Notes under the pieces: model-generated | Database searches by the model: none | What the model was told of the DNA's origin: nothing | What the model saw: only the letters and a program-made list of their open reading frames with translations | DNA from: an uncultured Chthoniobacter sp. | Lineage (GTDB): Bacteria; Verrucomicrobiota; Verrucomicrobiia; Chthoniobacterales; JACTMZ01 | DNA length: 64,000 nucleotides | Reading direction: 5' to 3' | NCBI GenBank assembly: GCA_964609925.1 | Contig: CAZSUJ010000004.1 | Coordinates: 9,534-73,533, forward strand | Made by a program: the position numbers and the translations under genes | Shown here: positions 53,991-63,426 of the stretch, piece after piece | How positions within the stretch are numbered: position 1 is the stretch's first letter | Layout of the letters: each line of letters opens with the position of its first letter

Positions 53991-56423
53991 ATGAAAACGA
54001 AAACTCCCGCCGTGTTCCGCATCGTTTGCCTGACGATCGGACTCCTTGCCACCTTGACTGGCGCTCACGCACAGCGCTACACGGACACCAATCCGATTGC
54101 CACGGGCGCTTGGAATACGTTGCGCTGGAGTTCCGCAACTAACGGGCCCTTCACCAGCGCGTGGGCTGCTGGGCAGAATGTATTCTTCCTCGCGAATAAC
54201 TCCTACGTGTTCGACGGCGGCATGGGCGCACCTACTAATGTGGGCAACATCACGGTTTCAAACGGGGCGACCGTGACTTTCACCAATATTTCCTCCACCT
54301 TGCAGACTGGTGGGAATGTCCGCACCTTCGAGGTCCAGAGCGGCGCGCTTTTGGACCTTAATCTTCAGGCATTCTCCACCGCCGCCGGGACCGGGTTTAT
54401 CAAGACGGGCGATGGCGTGTATGCCACCGGTAGCGGGACCAACCAAGGCGGTTTTACGCTTAACGGGGGAACGGTCATCATCCGAGGAACAACCGGGCTG
54501 GGGGGCGGGGCAACGAATGTTCTCACCCTCAGCAATGGTGTCGTGGCCGCCAACTCGTCACAAACCCTTGCCGATACCAGATTCGGAGGCGGCATCCGCA
54601 TCCGCGGCGACATCCAGTTCGGTGCCGTGTCGAACAGTTACGCGGCCAACGCCGCGCCCCTGATCGCTAGTAACGCCAACATCTCGTTTGCCAATGCCGT
54701 GAGTCTGGGTGCCACCACGCGCACGCTCACCATCGGTGGCAACGGAAACTACACGCTCTCGGGGCCCATCTCTGGAGACAGCGCCGACGTCGGTCTCATC
54801 ATCACGAACACTTCCACCGGCAAATTCGTCCTCTCCGGCACGAACACTTACACCGGAACGACAACCATCGCGGGCGGACGGGTAGACATCAGCGCACCCG
54901 CCGGCGCGAACACGTTCGCCAGCACGAACATTGTCATCAGCGGAGGAACGCTCAGCCTCACTTTCGGCGGCGCCCAGAACATCATCACCAACATTGCGAA
55001 GCTGACCATCTCCTCCGGCGGGTTCAACGGTGCCGACAGGAACCAGACCTTCGCCTCGCTCGACATGTCGGGCGGATTCATGACCAAGTCCGGATTCGGG
55101 GTGCTGGCCTTCAGCGGAGCCTCATCGGTCACCAGTGGTTCCATCACCAACACCGGCATAAACAGCGACGTGCGATTCCTCGGCGGTCTGACGCTCGGCG
55201 GAGCCTCCATTGTTTACAACAACGCCACCAACGCGGGTAATGGCATCGTCCGGGTGAGCAACAACATCACTTACTCCTCGAACGCTCTGGGTGCCGCGTT
55301 TAACAACAATGCAGCGGGCATCGGTCGGTTGGAGCTTCTTGGCACGGGTGGAACAAACACCTTCGACATCGGCGATGGTGGGGTCGCAACGGACATGGCT
55401 GTCAACTGGAACGTCACCGGCAGCGTCACTCTACGGAAGACAGGCGATGGCGCCCTTGCCATGTCCCAGTCCAACTCCTTCACGAACTTGGTCCTTGAAG
55501 GTGGCCGCATCAACGCCGACCACAACAACGCTTTGGGCAGCGGTCTTGTGACCCTCAATTCCGCGACCACGAACTCTGAACTCCGGGTCGGCGGCGGTTT
55601 GAGCATCACCAACGCTCTACAAGTATCGGACGTCGCCTCGGGGCGCACCAACACCCTCAGGAGTTTCAGCACCAACGATGTCGGGACCTGGGCTGGATCT
55701 ATTGACATCCAGGAGACCGATGCCAACAGCTTCCGCCTGCAGGCCTCAACGAACGCCTCGTTGGTTGTCTCGGGTGCCATCTCCGGCGTCGGCGGGTTCC
55801 GGAAGATAGACCAAGGCATCGTCACCCTCTCTGGTTCGACGACCAACACCTACGCCGGGAACACCGTGATCAATCTAGGCACGCTCCGACTCAACAAGAC
55901 CGCCAACACCACGGCGATCTCGGGTGATGTGAGCATCGCCACCGGTGCCACACTGCTCATCTCCGCGTCCGAGCAGGTGGCCGACACCTCGGCTGTTACG
56001 CTCTCCGGCGGCACGATCCTTCGTGACAGCGGAGTGAGCGAAGCGTTTGGCAATCTGACGGTCAGTTCAGCCTCCACACTGGATTTCGGCTCCGGAACCG
56101 AAGGGACTCTGAGCTTCGGAGCCTACTCGCCAACGGTGAAATTGACGCTGAACAACTTTTTCGGTGGCAACGTCCTGACCTTCGGCAGCGATTTAACCTC
56201 CTCGATCGCGGTCGGGACCTACAACACTACCAGCTACACGAGCGGCGACGGTCTGTTTGAAATCAACAGCATCTCCGGCGGATTCACCACCAGTTACGAC
56301 GGTGGCACCTTCACCATCACCGCCATCCCCGAGCCTTCGACGGTGCTCGCGGCACTCGGCCTCGGCGGGCTGATGCTCTGGCCGACGGTCCGCCGTCTGC
56401 GCGGCAAACGGCACCAAGGTTGA
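53991..56423 (+). CDS. PATR surface protein with C-terminal PEP-CTERM anchor
   Basis: The ATG at 53991 gives the signal MKTKTPAVFRIVCLTIGLLATLTGAHA. PATR repeats (FIKTGDGVY, LRKTGDGALAM, FRKIDQGIVTLSG...). The terminal sequence is ITAIPEPSTVLAALGLGGLMLWPTVRRLRGKRHQG-stop. Confidence 0.8.
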   Translation: MKTKTPAVFRIVCLTIGLLATLTGAHAQRYTDTNPIATGAWNTLRWSSATNGPFTSAWAAGQNVFFLANNSYVFDGGMGAPTNVGNITVSNGATVTFTNISSTLQTGGNVRTFEVQSGALLDLNLQAFSTAAGTGFIKTGDGVYATGSGTNQGGFTLNGGTVIIRGTTGLGGGATNVLTLSNGVVAANSSQTLADTRFGGGIRIRGDIQFGAVSNSYAANAAPLIASNANISFANAVSLGATTRTLTIGGNGNYTLSGPISGDSADVGLIITNTSTGKFVLSGTNTYTGTTTIAGGRVDISAPAGANTFASTNIVISGGTLSLTFGGAQNIITNIAKLTISSGGFNGADRNQTFASLDMSGGFMTKSGFGVLAFSGASSVTSGSITNTGINSDVRFLGGLTLGGASIVYNNATNAGNGIVRVSNNITYSSNALGAAFNNNAAGIGRLELLGTGGTNTFDIGDGGVATDMAVNWNVTGSVTLRKTGDGALAMSQSNSFTNLVLEGGRINADHNNALGSGLVTLNSATTNSELRVGGGLSITNALQVSDVASGRTNTLRSFSTNDVGTWAGSIDIQETDANSFRLQASTNASLVVSGAISGVGGFRKIDQGIVTLSGSTTNTYAGNTVINLGTLRLNKTANTTAISGDVSIATGATLLISASEQVADTSAVTLSGGTILRDSGVSEAFGNLTVSSASTLDFGSGTEGTLSFGAYSPTVKLTLNNFFGGNVLTFGSDLTSSIAVGTYNTTSYTSGDGLFEINSISGGFTTSYDGGTFTITAIPEPSTVLAALGLGGLMLWPTVRRLRGKRHQG

Positions 56424-56471
56424 TTTTCATGAGGGCCAGTCTGGGGAGATTGGTTCCTTTGGGGGTAAATA

Positions 56472-56514
56472 GCTCCGTCGCAGCAGGGGTGCTGCGGCGG
56501 AGCACCTTTTTTCT
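56472..56514 (+). terminator. Rho-independent terminator
   Basis: GCTCCGTCGCAGCA-GGGG-TGCTGCGGCGGAGC forms a 14-bp stem with one G-U pair and a 4-nt loop. It is followed by ACCTTTTTTCTT and lies 49 nt after the stop of 53991..56423. Confidence 0.65.
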
Positions 56515-56553
56515 TGAGCGCCGCATCGCCCCGCTCTGTCTTTGGCACACTTG

Positions 56554-57637
56554 TCAGGAAGCGTTGTTGGCTCCCGACCTAGCCACGCTTTCTCCGGGGT
56601 AATCCACAGTGCGTTGGGTGGAAGCGTTGTGCCGGGCGGCCGCAATGATTTCGGTTGGCGGTTCGCCGATCGCTTCCATGCGGCGGAGAAGGCGGCTGCG
56701 CAGGTCCTCGCGCACCGGAGCGTGCGCGGCGGAATCCACGAGATTGGTCAACTCGTAGGGGTCCGCATGCAAGTCGTAGAGACGCATCTCACGATAGACT
56801 GCGGCGTGCGCTTGTGTTCGTCATTGCGTGTCTTGAAGTGACATCCATGGTCGGAAGCGAAGACCACCGTCGTGCGGTCGACCTGCCCGGTTGACTCGAG
56901 CGCATCGATGAGGCGGCCGAGCCCGTCATCGAGGCGTTTGACCATGGCGCAGTAGCCCGCCCAGTCTCTCGCGGACGAGCCCCCCAAAGCCTGCAGGTCC
57001 GGCGGCAGCCACCGCCGGTGTAGTCGTGCTCCATACCGTAGGGAGACAGATACGGGTCGTCGGTGTTTTGGTGATGCGGCTCGAGTTGCGAGATGAAGAG
57101 CAGGTAAGGCTCCTCCGGAGTGACGGCACCCGCGGCGATCTAGCGGATGGCGGCGTCGATCACCGCATCCGAGCGGTAGCCGGGAAGATCCACCCGCTGA
57201 CCGTCCGTGTCCCATAGGCAGGCGGAATACAAGTCGGACGTCAGTTCCACGCAGTTCGCCGCCAGCCAGTCTTGGTAGCCCGCCCGATTCTCCCGCGGCA
57301 CCGGCCCGTCGCCTGTTCCCTCGGAAAGGTGCCAATTGCCGATGTAGGAGGTTCGGTAACCATGCGCAGCGAAGATTTCAGCAAGCTTGGGCGTGCCCGG
57401 AGCGGGCATCGGGCCGTTGTGGTGAACGCCGTTGGTCGTGGCGTATTGGCCGGTCTGCAGGCACGCCCGGGCGGGACCGCAGACCGGTTGCGGGGTGAGG
57501 CCGAGCGGGCAGTCGTTCAGCCCTACTGCGTCCTAACGCTGCTGGTCGCTGAGAAACACCACGATATCACGCACGGCCTGATCGTGTCCCTTTGACGCAG
57601 GCAGGGCAACGGCACCCACACGGCGTGGCAGCCTCAT
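56554..57637 (-). pseudogene. Decayed Cys-type sulfatase (nonsense codons + frameshifts)
   Basis: From the ATG at 57637 the sequence reads MRLPRRVGAVALPASKGHDQAVRDIVVFLSDQQR-TAG(57533-57535)-DAVGLNDCPLGLTPQPVCGPARACLQTGQY...YIGNWHLSEG...DAAIR-TAG(57140-57142)-IAAGAVTPEEPYLLFISQLEPHH. The homology then continues in two other frames (...YCAMVKRLDDGLGRLIDALESTGQVDRTTVVFASDHGCHF..., then MRLYDLHADPYELTNLV... ending at 56554). Confidence 0.8.
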
Positions 57638-57653
57638 CCGGCCCCCGCCGATT

Positions 57654-59081
57654 CTATTCTGCGGCGTTCTTGGCGGCGTTACGTTCCCTTCTAGCCTTGT
57701 CGGCCGCCTCGGCCTCGGGGGTTTTGAACACCTTCCACAGCGGCGGGATCAGCTCGGCGTGCCACTCGTCGAAGGCCTTTTGCAGCTTGGCCCGCACTTC
57801 GGGAAGTTCGCCCACGAGGTCGCGGGTTTCGCCGATGTCTTTGGAGAGGTTGTAGAGTCCGGTAGCCTCGCCCTGCTTGACGAGTTTGTGGTCGCCGCCG
57901 CGCACGGCCCAAATGTTGCGTTCCGCGAGCCGCCAGAAAAGCATGTCGTGCGGGTCGCCGGCATTCTCCCCGCGGAGGTAGGGCAGCAAGTCCACGCCAT
58001 CGAGCGGCTGGTCGGCGATGCTGTCCACCCCGGCCGAGGCGAGAGCGGTGGGCAGGATATCGAGGCTGCTTACCGGGCGATCATAGACTTTCCCGGCGGG
58101 CAGAACGCCTTTCCATTGGACGAGGAACGGCACCCGGATTCCGCCTTCCCACATCGTTCCCTTGCGGCCGCGCAGCGGGGCGTTGGAACTCGTGTTGTTT
58201 TCGGTGGTTCCGCCGTTGTCGCTGAGGAAGAAGATGAGGGTGCGCTCTTCGAGGCCGTCGTCGCGGAGTTGCTTCAGGATCCTGCCCACGGCGTCGTCCA
58301 GGCCGACGATCATGGCGGCGTAGGTGCGGCGTTTTTCATCCGGGATGTCCTTGACGCGCTCCAGCAGCTCCGGAGTGGCCTGCAGGGGTGTGTGCGGGGC
58401 GTTGAAGGCGGTGTAGAGGAGCCAGGGTTTTTCCTTGTTGCGGTGGATGAAGGCGGCGGATTCCTCGCCGAGAACGGTGGTGAGGTAGCCGGGGGCGGCG
58501 GGCTGCGGCTCACCGTTGCGCTCGAGCAGGGTGTTGTAGTGGTTCAGCGGTGGCGAATCGCGGTAGCTGCCGGTGGGGTAGTTGTGGCCACCTCCGATGA
58601 AGCCGAAGAACTCGTCGAAGCCGCGTCGGTTTGGGTGGAAGGGCGGGGCCTCTCCAAGGTGCCATTTGCCGATGACGCCGGTGTGATAGCCGGCAGCCTT
58701 GAGTTGATCGCCGAGGGTGGTTTCCGTGAGCGGCAGGCCGCGCGTGTCGTTTGGATCGACAGGCCACTCGGGTTCCCAGTTGATGTCGTGGCCGAAGCGC
58801 GACTGCGAGCGCCCGGTGATGAGACCAGCACGACTGGGCGAACACATCGCGGAGGAGACATAACCGGCGGTGCAGCGGACGCCATTCTTCGCGAGGCTGT
58901 CGATGTGCGGCGTCGGGATATCCCTCGACCCCTGCACGCCAAGATCGGCGTAGCCGAGATCGTCGGCAAAAAGGATAAGAACATTCGGCCGCGGAGCTTC
59001 CGAGGCTGAGTGTGCCGGCAGGGCAACAATGGTCAAAAAGGAGGCCCACGTTAAGGCGTGGCCGATGGACGGTTTTCTCAT
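57654..59081 (-). CDS. Cys-type sulfatase, secreted
   Basis: Signal MRKPSIGHALTWASFLTIVALPAHSA. Also PNVLILFADDLGYADLGVQG, CSPSRAGLITGR, GKWHLG and FLSDNGG. Same subfamily look as 473..3302. Confidence 0.9.
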   Translation of the reverse strand: MRKPSIGHALTWASFLTIVALPAHSASEAPRPNVLILFADDLGYADLGVQGSRDIPTPHIDSLAKNGVRCTAGYVSSAMCSPSRAGLITGRSQSRFGHDINWEPEWPVDPNDTRGLPLTETTLGDQLKAAGYHTGVIGKWHLGEAPPFHPNRRGFDEFFGFIGGGHNYPTGSYRDSPPLNHYNTLLERNGEPQPAAPGYLTTVLGEESAAFIHRNKEKPWLLYTAFNAPHTPLQATPELLERVKDIPDEKRRTYAAMIVGLDDAVGRILKQLRDDGLEERTLIFFLSDNGGTTENNTSSNAPLRGRKGTMWEGGIRVPFLVQWKGVLPAGKVYDRPVSSLDILPTALASAGVDSIADQPLDGVDLLPYLRGENAGDPHDMLFWRLAERNIWAVRGGDHKLVKQGEATGLYNLSKDIGETRDLVGELPEVRAKLQKAFDEWHAELIPPLWKVFKTPEAEAADKARRERNAAKNAAE

Positions 59082-59235
59082 GGGGTTTTTGGGTGTTCGA
59101 GCAGGGCGCGGCGCAAAGGGCAGCGAGCCGGCTGGAATACAGGCAAGCTTTTCATTGTAACACCGTCAGCGTGATTATGTCACAGCATCTCTTCTGGACA
59201 GAGGGGCGGGCGCGATCCGGAGCGAATCCTCTCCT

Positions 59236-62200
59236 CTATCGCAGGCTCACCACCAGCGACTCTCCCGCAAGCATGGTCAGCGGTTCGCCGAAGGCGATCC
59301 GTGCCTTTCCACATTCCATTTCCAAAGTTGCAGACACAGGTTGGCCGCCAAGCATCGCTTCGGCTTTCACGGGCGCGGAACCGCCGGGCGGGACGAGATC
59401 GAGTGTCTTGAGGTTGAGTCGGCCGAATTTCACCTCGAGCGAGGCGGTCATGGTCCTCCCGCACTGCTTCTGGTGAAACGAGCCCCAGCCTTCCGCAGCG
59501 GTGAAAGCTGTCTTGAAGTCGCCGGCATTCCAACGCGGGGCGAAACCGATCGATCCGGCGGGTCCGTCGTATTCGAAGCCACCGCAAGCGAGGAACGTCG
59601 CATAACTGGCCATGGAACGGGCGTAGTGCTCGCCGGCTTCGGGTTCGTTGAACGGATTGCCTTTCTTCGGGCTGTCCGGTTGGTGCCGGTCGTGCAGCGC
59701 GCGGGCCACGGTCAACCCCTCGGCTACCATGCCCTCGTAAATGAGGTGCGAGGCGAAGGCGTGCTCGAAGCCCGTCATTGTCTCGTTGTAGAACCCTTGA
59801 TGGAAATGGTTTCCGGCATTCCACGGGTGTGCGGGCCTACTGCCGTTGGGCCGATACGATCCTTCGGGCCACGTGGCTACGACCGTTCCGGCCATGCCCG
59901 CCTGCGCAAACGGCCGGCTCGGCTTGTTTTCCGGCCGCTCGTAGTGAGGCCCGACGTCCGTCATGAAGTTGTGTCGGAAAATCGAGGCGAGCGCGGCGCG
60001 TGTTTCCTTCTCCGGCACGATGCGGCCGAGGTCTGTGCGCCACGCCCATTGCTGACCCAGCACCTGGTCGATGTGGCAGCCGTCGTAGGAACCCGGACGC
60101 CACTTTTCCGACTCCGGGGAGAGATGGACAAAGCGGTCGCTGCTCCAGAGCTTGGCGACGAAGTTATCCCTGCCCAAGGCGACGCGGTCGCGGCAGAGGG
60201 CGGCGAAGTCATCGTCACCTGCGATGCGGGCCATCCGCTCGACGGCGGTGATCGCGGCGAGGCTCAAGCTGGAGATCCACGGACTGGGCCCGGCGATGTC
60301 CTCGTCCAGCGTGTGATGGGTCACGCGGTCAGGCAGGCCGTCACCGTCGCTGTCCTGCGAAAGCAACCATTCGGTCGCACGGCGGATCCGCGGCCAGTAT
60401 TCCTTCACGAAACTGTCGTCTGTGCCAAGCAGGTGCGTGCGGTAGGTGCGCAGAAGGATTCCGCTTTGGCCGTCGATGGAAGCCCAATGTCCGTAGCCCT
60501 CGCCAAACAGAATGGGCTGTTCCGGCAACGGATCGGGAGAGCCGGGTCGTCCGTCGATGCGCATGGCGATGCTGCCGTCGGACTTGATGCCCACGGCGGG
60601 CACGAAGTCGGCCTGCGTGCGCAGCGATTTTTCCAACTCGGGAAACAGCCGGCCTACGCCTTCCTCGTAGTGCCAGACGTGATTGCAAGTGCCAGGGAAC
60701 GAATACGCGCCCTCGAAGCCGTAGAACCGTCCATCCGCAAAACGGAAACAAGTGGCGGTCGCGAGAGCGGAGACATTGGCGATCGAGCGGTCGAGCAACC
60801 AACGGGGCAAGGTCGAGTCGTAATAAGTCTCACGCCACAGGTCGATCAAGGCGACAAGATCGGGGCCATGAGCGGCCAGTTCGTCCACCACGGCGGATAC
60901 AGAGTCGTATTCCGTGGCATACCAGCGGCCGGTGCCTTGCAGGCGCCCCCAGCAGTGCAGCTCGAAGTTCGGGAAGTGCCAGGCGACGGCGAAGGTGAAA
61001 CTCCGAGACGCGCCCGGCGCAAGACGGAAGGGCGCGGCGAGCGCGCCCAGTTGTGTTTCATCGAAAGGGCGCGTGGCTTCCACAACGACCGGAGCCTCGC
61101 CGGCGGCGAGATCGCCCGCCACCGAAGGCATCGCCTGGGCGTCGGCCGGGGGATCGAGCAGGACGAAAGCCATGGTCCCAAAGTCGGGGCGCTCATGGAC
61201 CGGCGCGAGTTTCTCATCTAGAAGCTCCACCCGGTCGAAAACGAGGCCGCCGGTGGTGGAGTCGTCGGTCACGCGGAGACGCACTTTCTTTCCCGCATGA
61301 GGGCGCAGATCCCAAACGACCGGCATTAGCGTGTCGCTTCGGGTCGGCGAGGCCGAACAAAGCACCTCGTTGCCGCAGAGTAATTCGACGCGCAAGTTCT
61401 CGTCGTCCTTTTGTCCCGAAAGTAGAAAGCGCAGACCGTTGCGCTCGACGATAAACTCGGGGGATTCGAGGGCGCCGGTCGCGGCCGGACCAGAGGAAAG
61501 CGAACTGGCACAGCCCTCCCCCGCGCGGCCACTGGGACCTCCCTCGGGCAGCGATGCGTAATCCGCCGGCCGGATTCCGAAAGCCTCGCCGCTCGCCCTC
61601 CAGCCCATGTAGTCCGTGCTTTCAAAATCGGCCAAAAGGATCGGCGGACGCGGCTTTTCGCCGCCCGCCAAACCCGTTGCCGAAGGAACTGCGGCAAACT
61701 CAACTGCCAGCGCGGCGGACGGCGCGCGGACGGCAGCGGTGCGCGAACCCTCCTCCGCGCTCAGACCCGAAAGATGGGCCACCCCGTTCTGCAACCAACC
61801 GAGCACGTCGCCCTCGAACGTTCGGGAACCAGTGTTTTTCACCGTCACGCGGAGGAACGCCGCCGGAATCCCCGAGGCTCCCGCGTCGAGCGGGACAAAG
61901 GGCGCAATGCCTTCCAAGGTGACATCCATCGACAGATCTTTCCCGCCCTCGTAGCGGACGAGACCCGCCGGATACTCGGCGGTGAACGTCGTTGCGGGAA
62001 ACGTGTCGAGCGTCAGCGGAAAACTCACGAGCCGACCCTTCTCATCGCGCACGCGCACGGCGAATCCCTGCCGGACTGCAGCCGCCGGCCGCACGAGTGG
62101 CGAAGATCCGAAGGCGCGGCCGTTCATGATGTCCCAACGAGCGAGGCTCCCGTCCCCCTTGAGGTAAAGCTGACCAGCCAGAATGCCGCCGACCGGCATG

Positions 62201-62364
62201 GCGATGCTGGCAAGTTCCTCGCCGGCGTAATGGCGCGGTGAGCCCGGCGCTAGGAGTTCGCCCAGGTGCTCGGAGCATCGATGGAGCTGGGTCGCGTTCA
62301 TATACTTCCATTCCAGCGAGCGAAGCGGTCCATCTCGCGGCACCACTCCCTCATTCTTTACCAA
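59236..62364 (-). CDS. GH116-like (GBA2-type beta-glucosidase family) enzyme with an inserted beta-sandwich domain, cytoplasmic
   Basis: The GBA2-type N-domain includes ELASIAMPVGGILAGQLYLKGDG. The C-terminal (alpha/alpha)6 DUF608-like part has TCNHVWHYEEG, SIDGQSG, DQVLGQ and GFEHAFASHLIYEGM. No signal peptide. An alternative ATG lies at 62301. Confidence 0.7.
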   Translation of the reverse strand: MVKNEGVVPRDGPLRSLEWKYMNATQLHRCSEHLGELLAPGSPRHYAGEELASIAMPVGGILAGQLYLKGDGSLARWDIMNGRAFGSSPLVRPAAAVRQGFAVRVRDEKGRLVSFPLTLDTFPATTFTAEYPAGLVRYEGGKDLSMDVTLEGIAPFVPLDAGASGIPAAFLRVTVKNTGSRTFEGDVLGWLQNGVAHLSGLSAEEGSRTAAVRAPSAALAVEFAAVPSATGLAGGEKPRPPILLADFESTDYMGWRASGEAFGIRPADYASLPEGGPSGRAGEGCASSLSSGPAATGALESPEFIVERNGLRFLLSGQKDDENLRVELLCGNEVLCSASPTRSDTLMPVVWDLRPHAGKKVRLRVTDDSTTGGLVFDRVELLDEKLAPVHERPDFGTMAFVLLDPPADAQAMPSVAGDLAAGEAPVVVEATRPFDETQLGALAAPFRLAPGASRSFTFAVAWHFPNFELHCWGRLQGTGRWYATEYDSVSAVVDELAAHGPDLVALIDLWRETYYDSTLPRWLLDRSIANVSALATATCFRFADGRFYGFEGAYSFPGTCNHVWHYEEGVGRLFPELEKSLRTQADFVPAVGIKSDGSIAMRIDGRPGSPDPLPEQPILFGEGYGHWASIDGQSGILLRTYRTHLLGTDDSFVKEYWPRIRRATEWLLSQDSDGDGLPDRVTHHTLDEDIAGPSPWISSLSLAAITAVERMARIAGDDDFAALCRDRVALGRDNFVAKLWSSDRFVHLSPESEKWRPGSYDGCHIDQVLGQQWAWRTDLGRIVPEKETRAALASIFRHNFMTDVGPHYERPENKPSRPFAQAGMAGTVVATWPEGSYRPNGSRPAHPWNAGNHFHQGFYNETMTGFEHAFASHLIYEGMVAEGLTVARALHDRHQPDSPKKGNPFNEPEAGEHYARSMASYATFLACGGFEYDGPAGSIGFAPRWNAGDFKTAFTAAEGWGSFHQKQCGRTMTASLEVKFGRLNLKTLDLVPPGGSAPVKAEAMLGGQPVSATLEMECGKARIAFGEPLTMLAGESLVVSLR

Positions 62365-62531
62365 TGGTCATCGGCGTCGGCAATTAGGTCGAGGAAGGTT
62401 TCGAGAGGCGTCACTTCAACGGTTACCAGTCTTGAGGCCGACTGTTGAACGAGAACGTGCAGGCCGGAGGATCGATGCTTGGGGCTTCTCAGCCCGCAGT
62501 TGTGATCGCGGAGGAGATCTCCGAGGGTGTG

Positions 62532-63179
62532 ATGAACACATCCAGAAAGACAAAGAAGGCCGCAGCCAAGGCTGCGGGGAAAACGAATGAAAACTTGGCC
62601 CACGCGTGGCTGGCGTGGAGCAATGGAACGGAAACCGATGGGGCGTTCCGCCGCCAAGTCGCGAAGGCCTTGCGACCAGTGGTGATGGCGCGCGCCCTTC
62701 GGCAACGGAGCAAACTCCCACCCGAGATGGTGGAGGACATCGCGCAGGACGCGGCTGTCCTGCTGGTCGGTCGCTACCTCGCCGGCAACGAGGGCTTGGC
62801 CGAAGCGACGGCCAATCGCGATTTCGGCGCGAACGGGCAGGAACCCGAACACTCTCTGCTGGGTGCACTCGAGGTGGCGGTCAAACGCGCCATGCGAAAA
62901 GCGGGGCGGGAGGCCGATCGCCACGCTCTGCTGGCTGAAGCCGCAGAGAAGGGGAACCTGCCCGACGCCGCTGAGGCAAACTACCGGCTGCCGTTCGAGC
63001 AGCAACTGCGTCTGGCGCTTTCAGCCTTGGACCAAGCGATGGGGCAGAGGCTTTTGCCCCAAGCCCAAGGAGCTCTCCTGCGCGAGATTCTTGATGGAAA
63101 GCCGCCCGCGAACGGGGCGTGTCGCCGTCGGCGATCAGCCACCAGGTCAAGAAGACGGCCGAGCGCCTCGGCCGCATGA
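62532..63179 (+). CDS. Hypothetical protein; possible disrupted sigma/HTH-like regulator
   Basis: MNTSRKTKKAAAKAAGK...VEDIAQDAAVLLVGRYLAGNEG...LLREILDGKPPANG. The C-terminal 20 codons are Arg/Ser junk, while an HTH-like peptide (ERGVSPSAISHQVKKTAERLGRMIERGEV, 63110-63208) sits in another frame. Confidence 0.3.
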   Translation: MNTSRKTKKAAAKAAGKTNENLAHAWLAWSNGTETDGAFRRQVAKALRPVVMARALRQRSKLPPEMVEDIAQDAAVLLVGRYLAGNEGLAEATANRDFGANGQEPEHSLLGALEVAVKRAMRKAGREADRHALLAEAAEKGNLPDAAEANYRLPFEQQLRLALSALDQAMGQRLLPQAQGALLREILDGKPPANGACRRRRSATRSRRRPSASAA

Positions 63180-63426
63180 TCGAGCGCGGGGAGGTCACGA
63201 TACGAAAGACTGTCCCCCACCCGAGGGCTCAGGCGCCACGTCGCGCTGCTACCAGTTCGACCTGCCCGTCGGCGCCGGCAAGTTCGGACCGACCGTAGCC
63301 GGCCCGCTGGCCAAGGGCTCGCTGCTGCGCGAGGTTGTCGCGACCGCCGCCTGCCCCGTCATCCGGCCGTTCCAGGTCGCCAAAGTCGGCTAAATCCCGG
63401 AGGTCAGGGCTTACTGGCGCGAGTCG

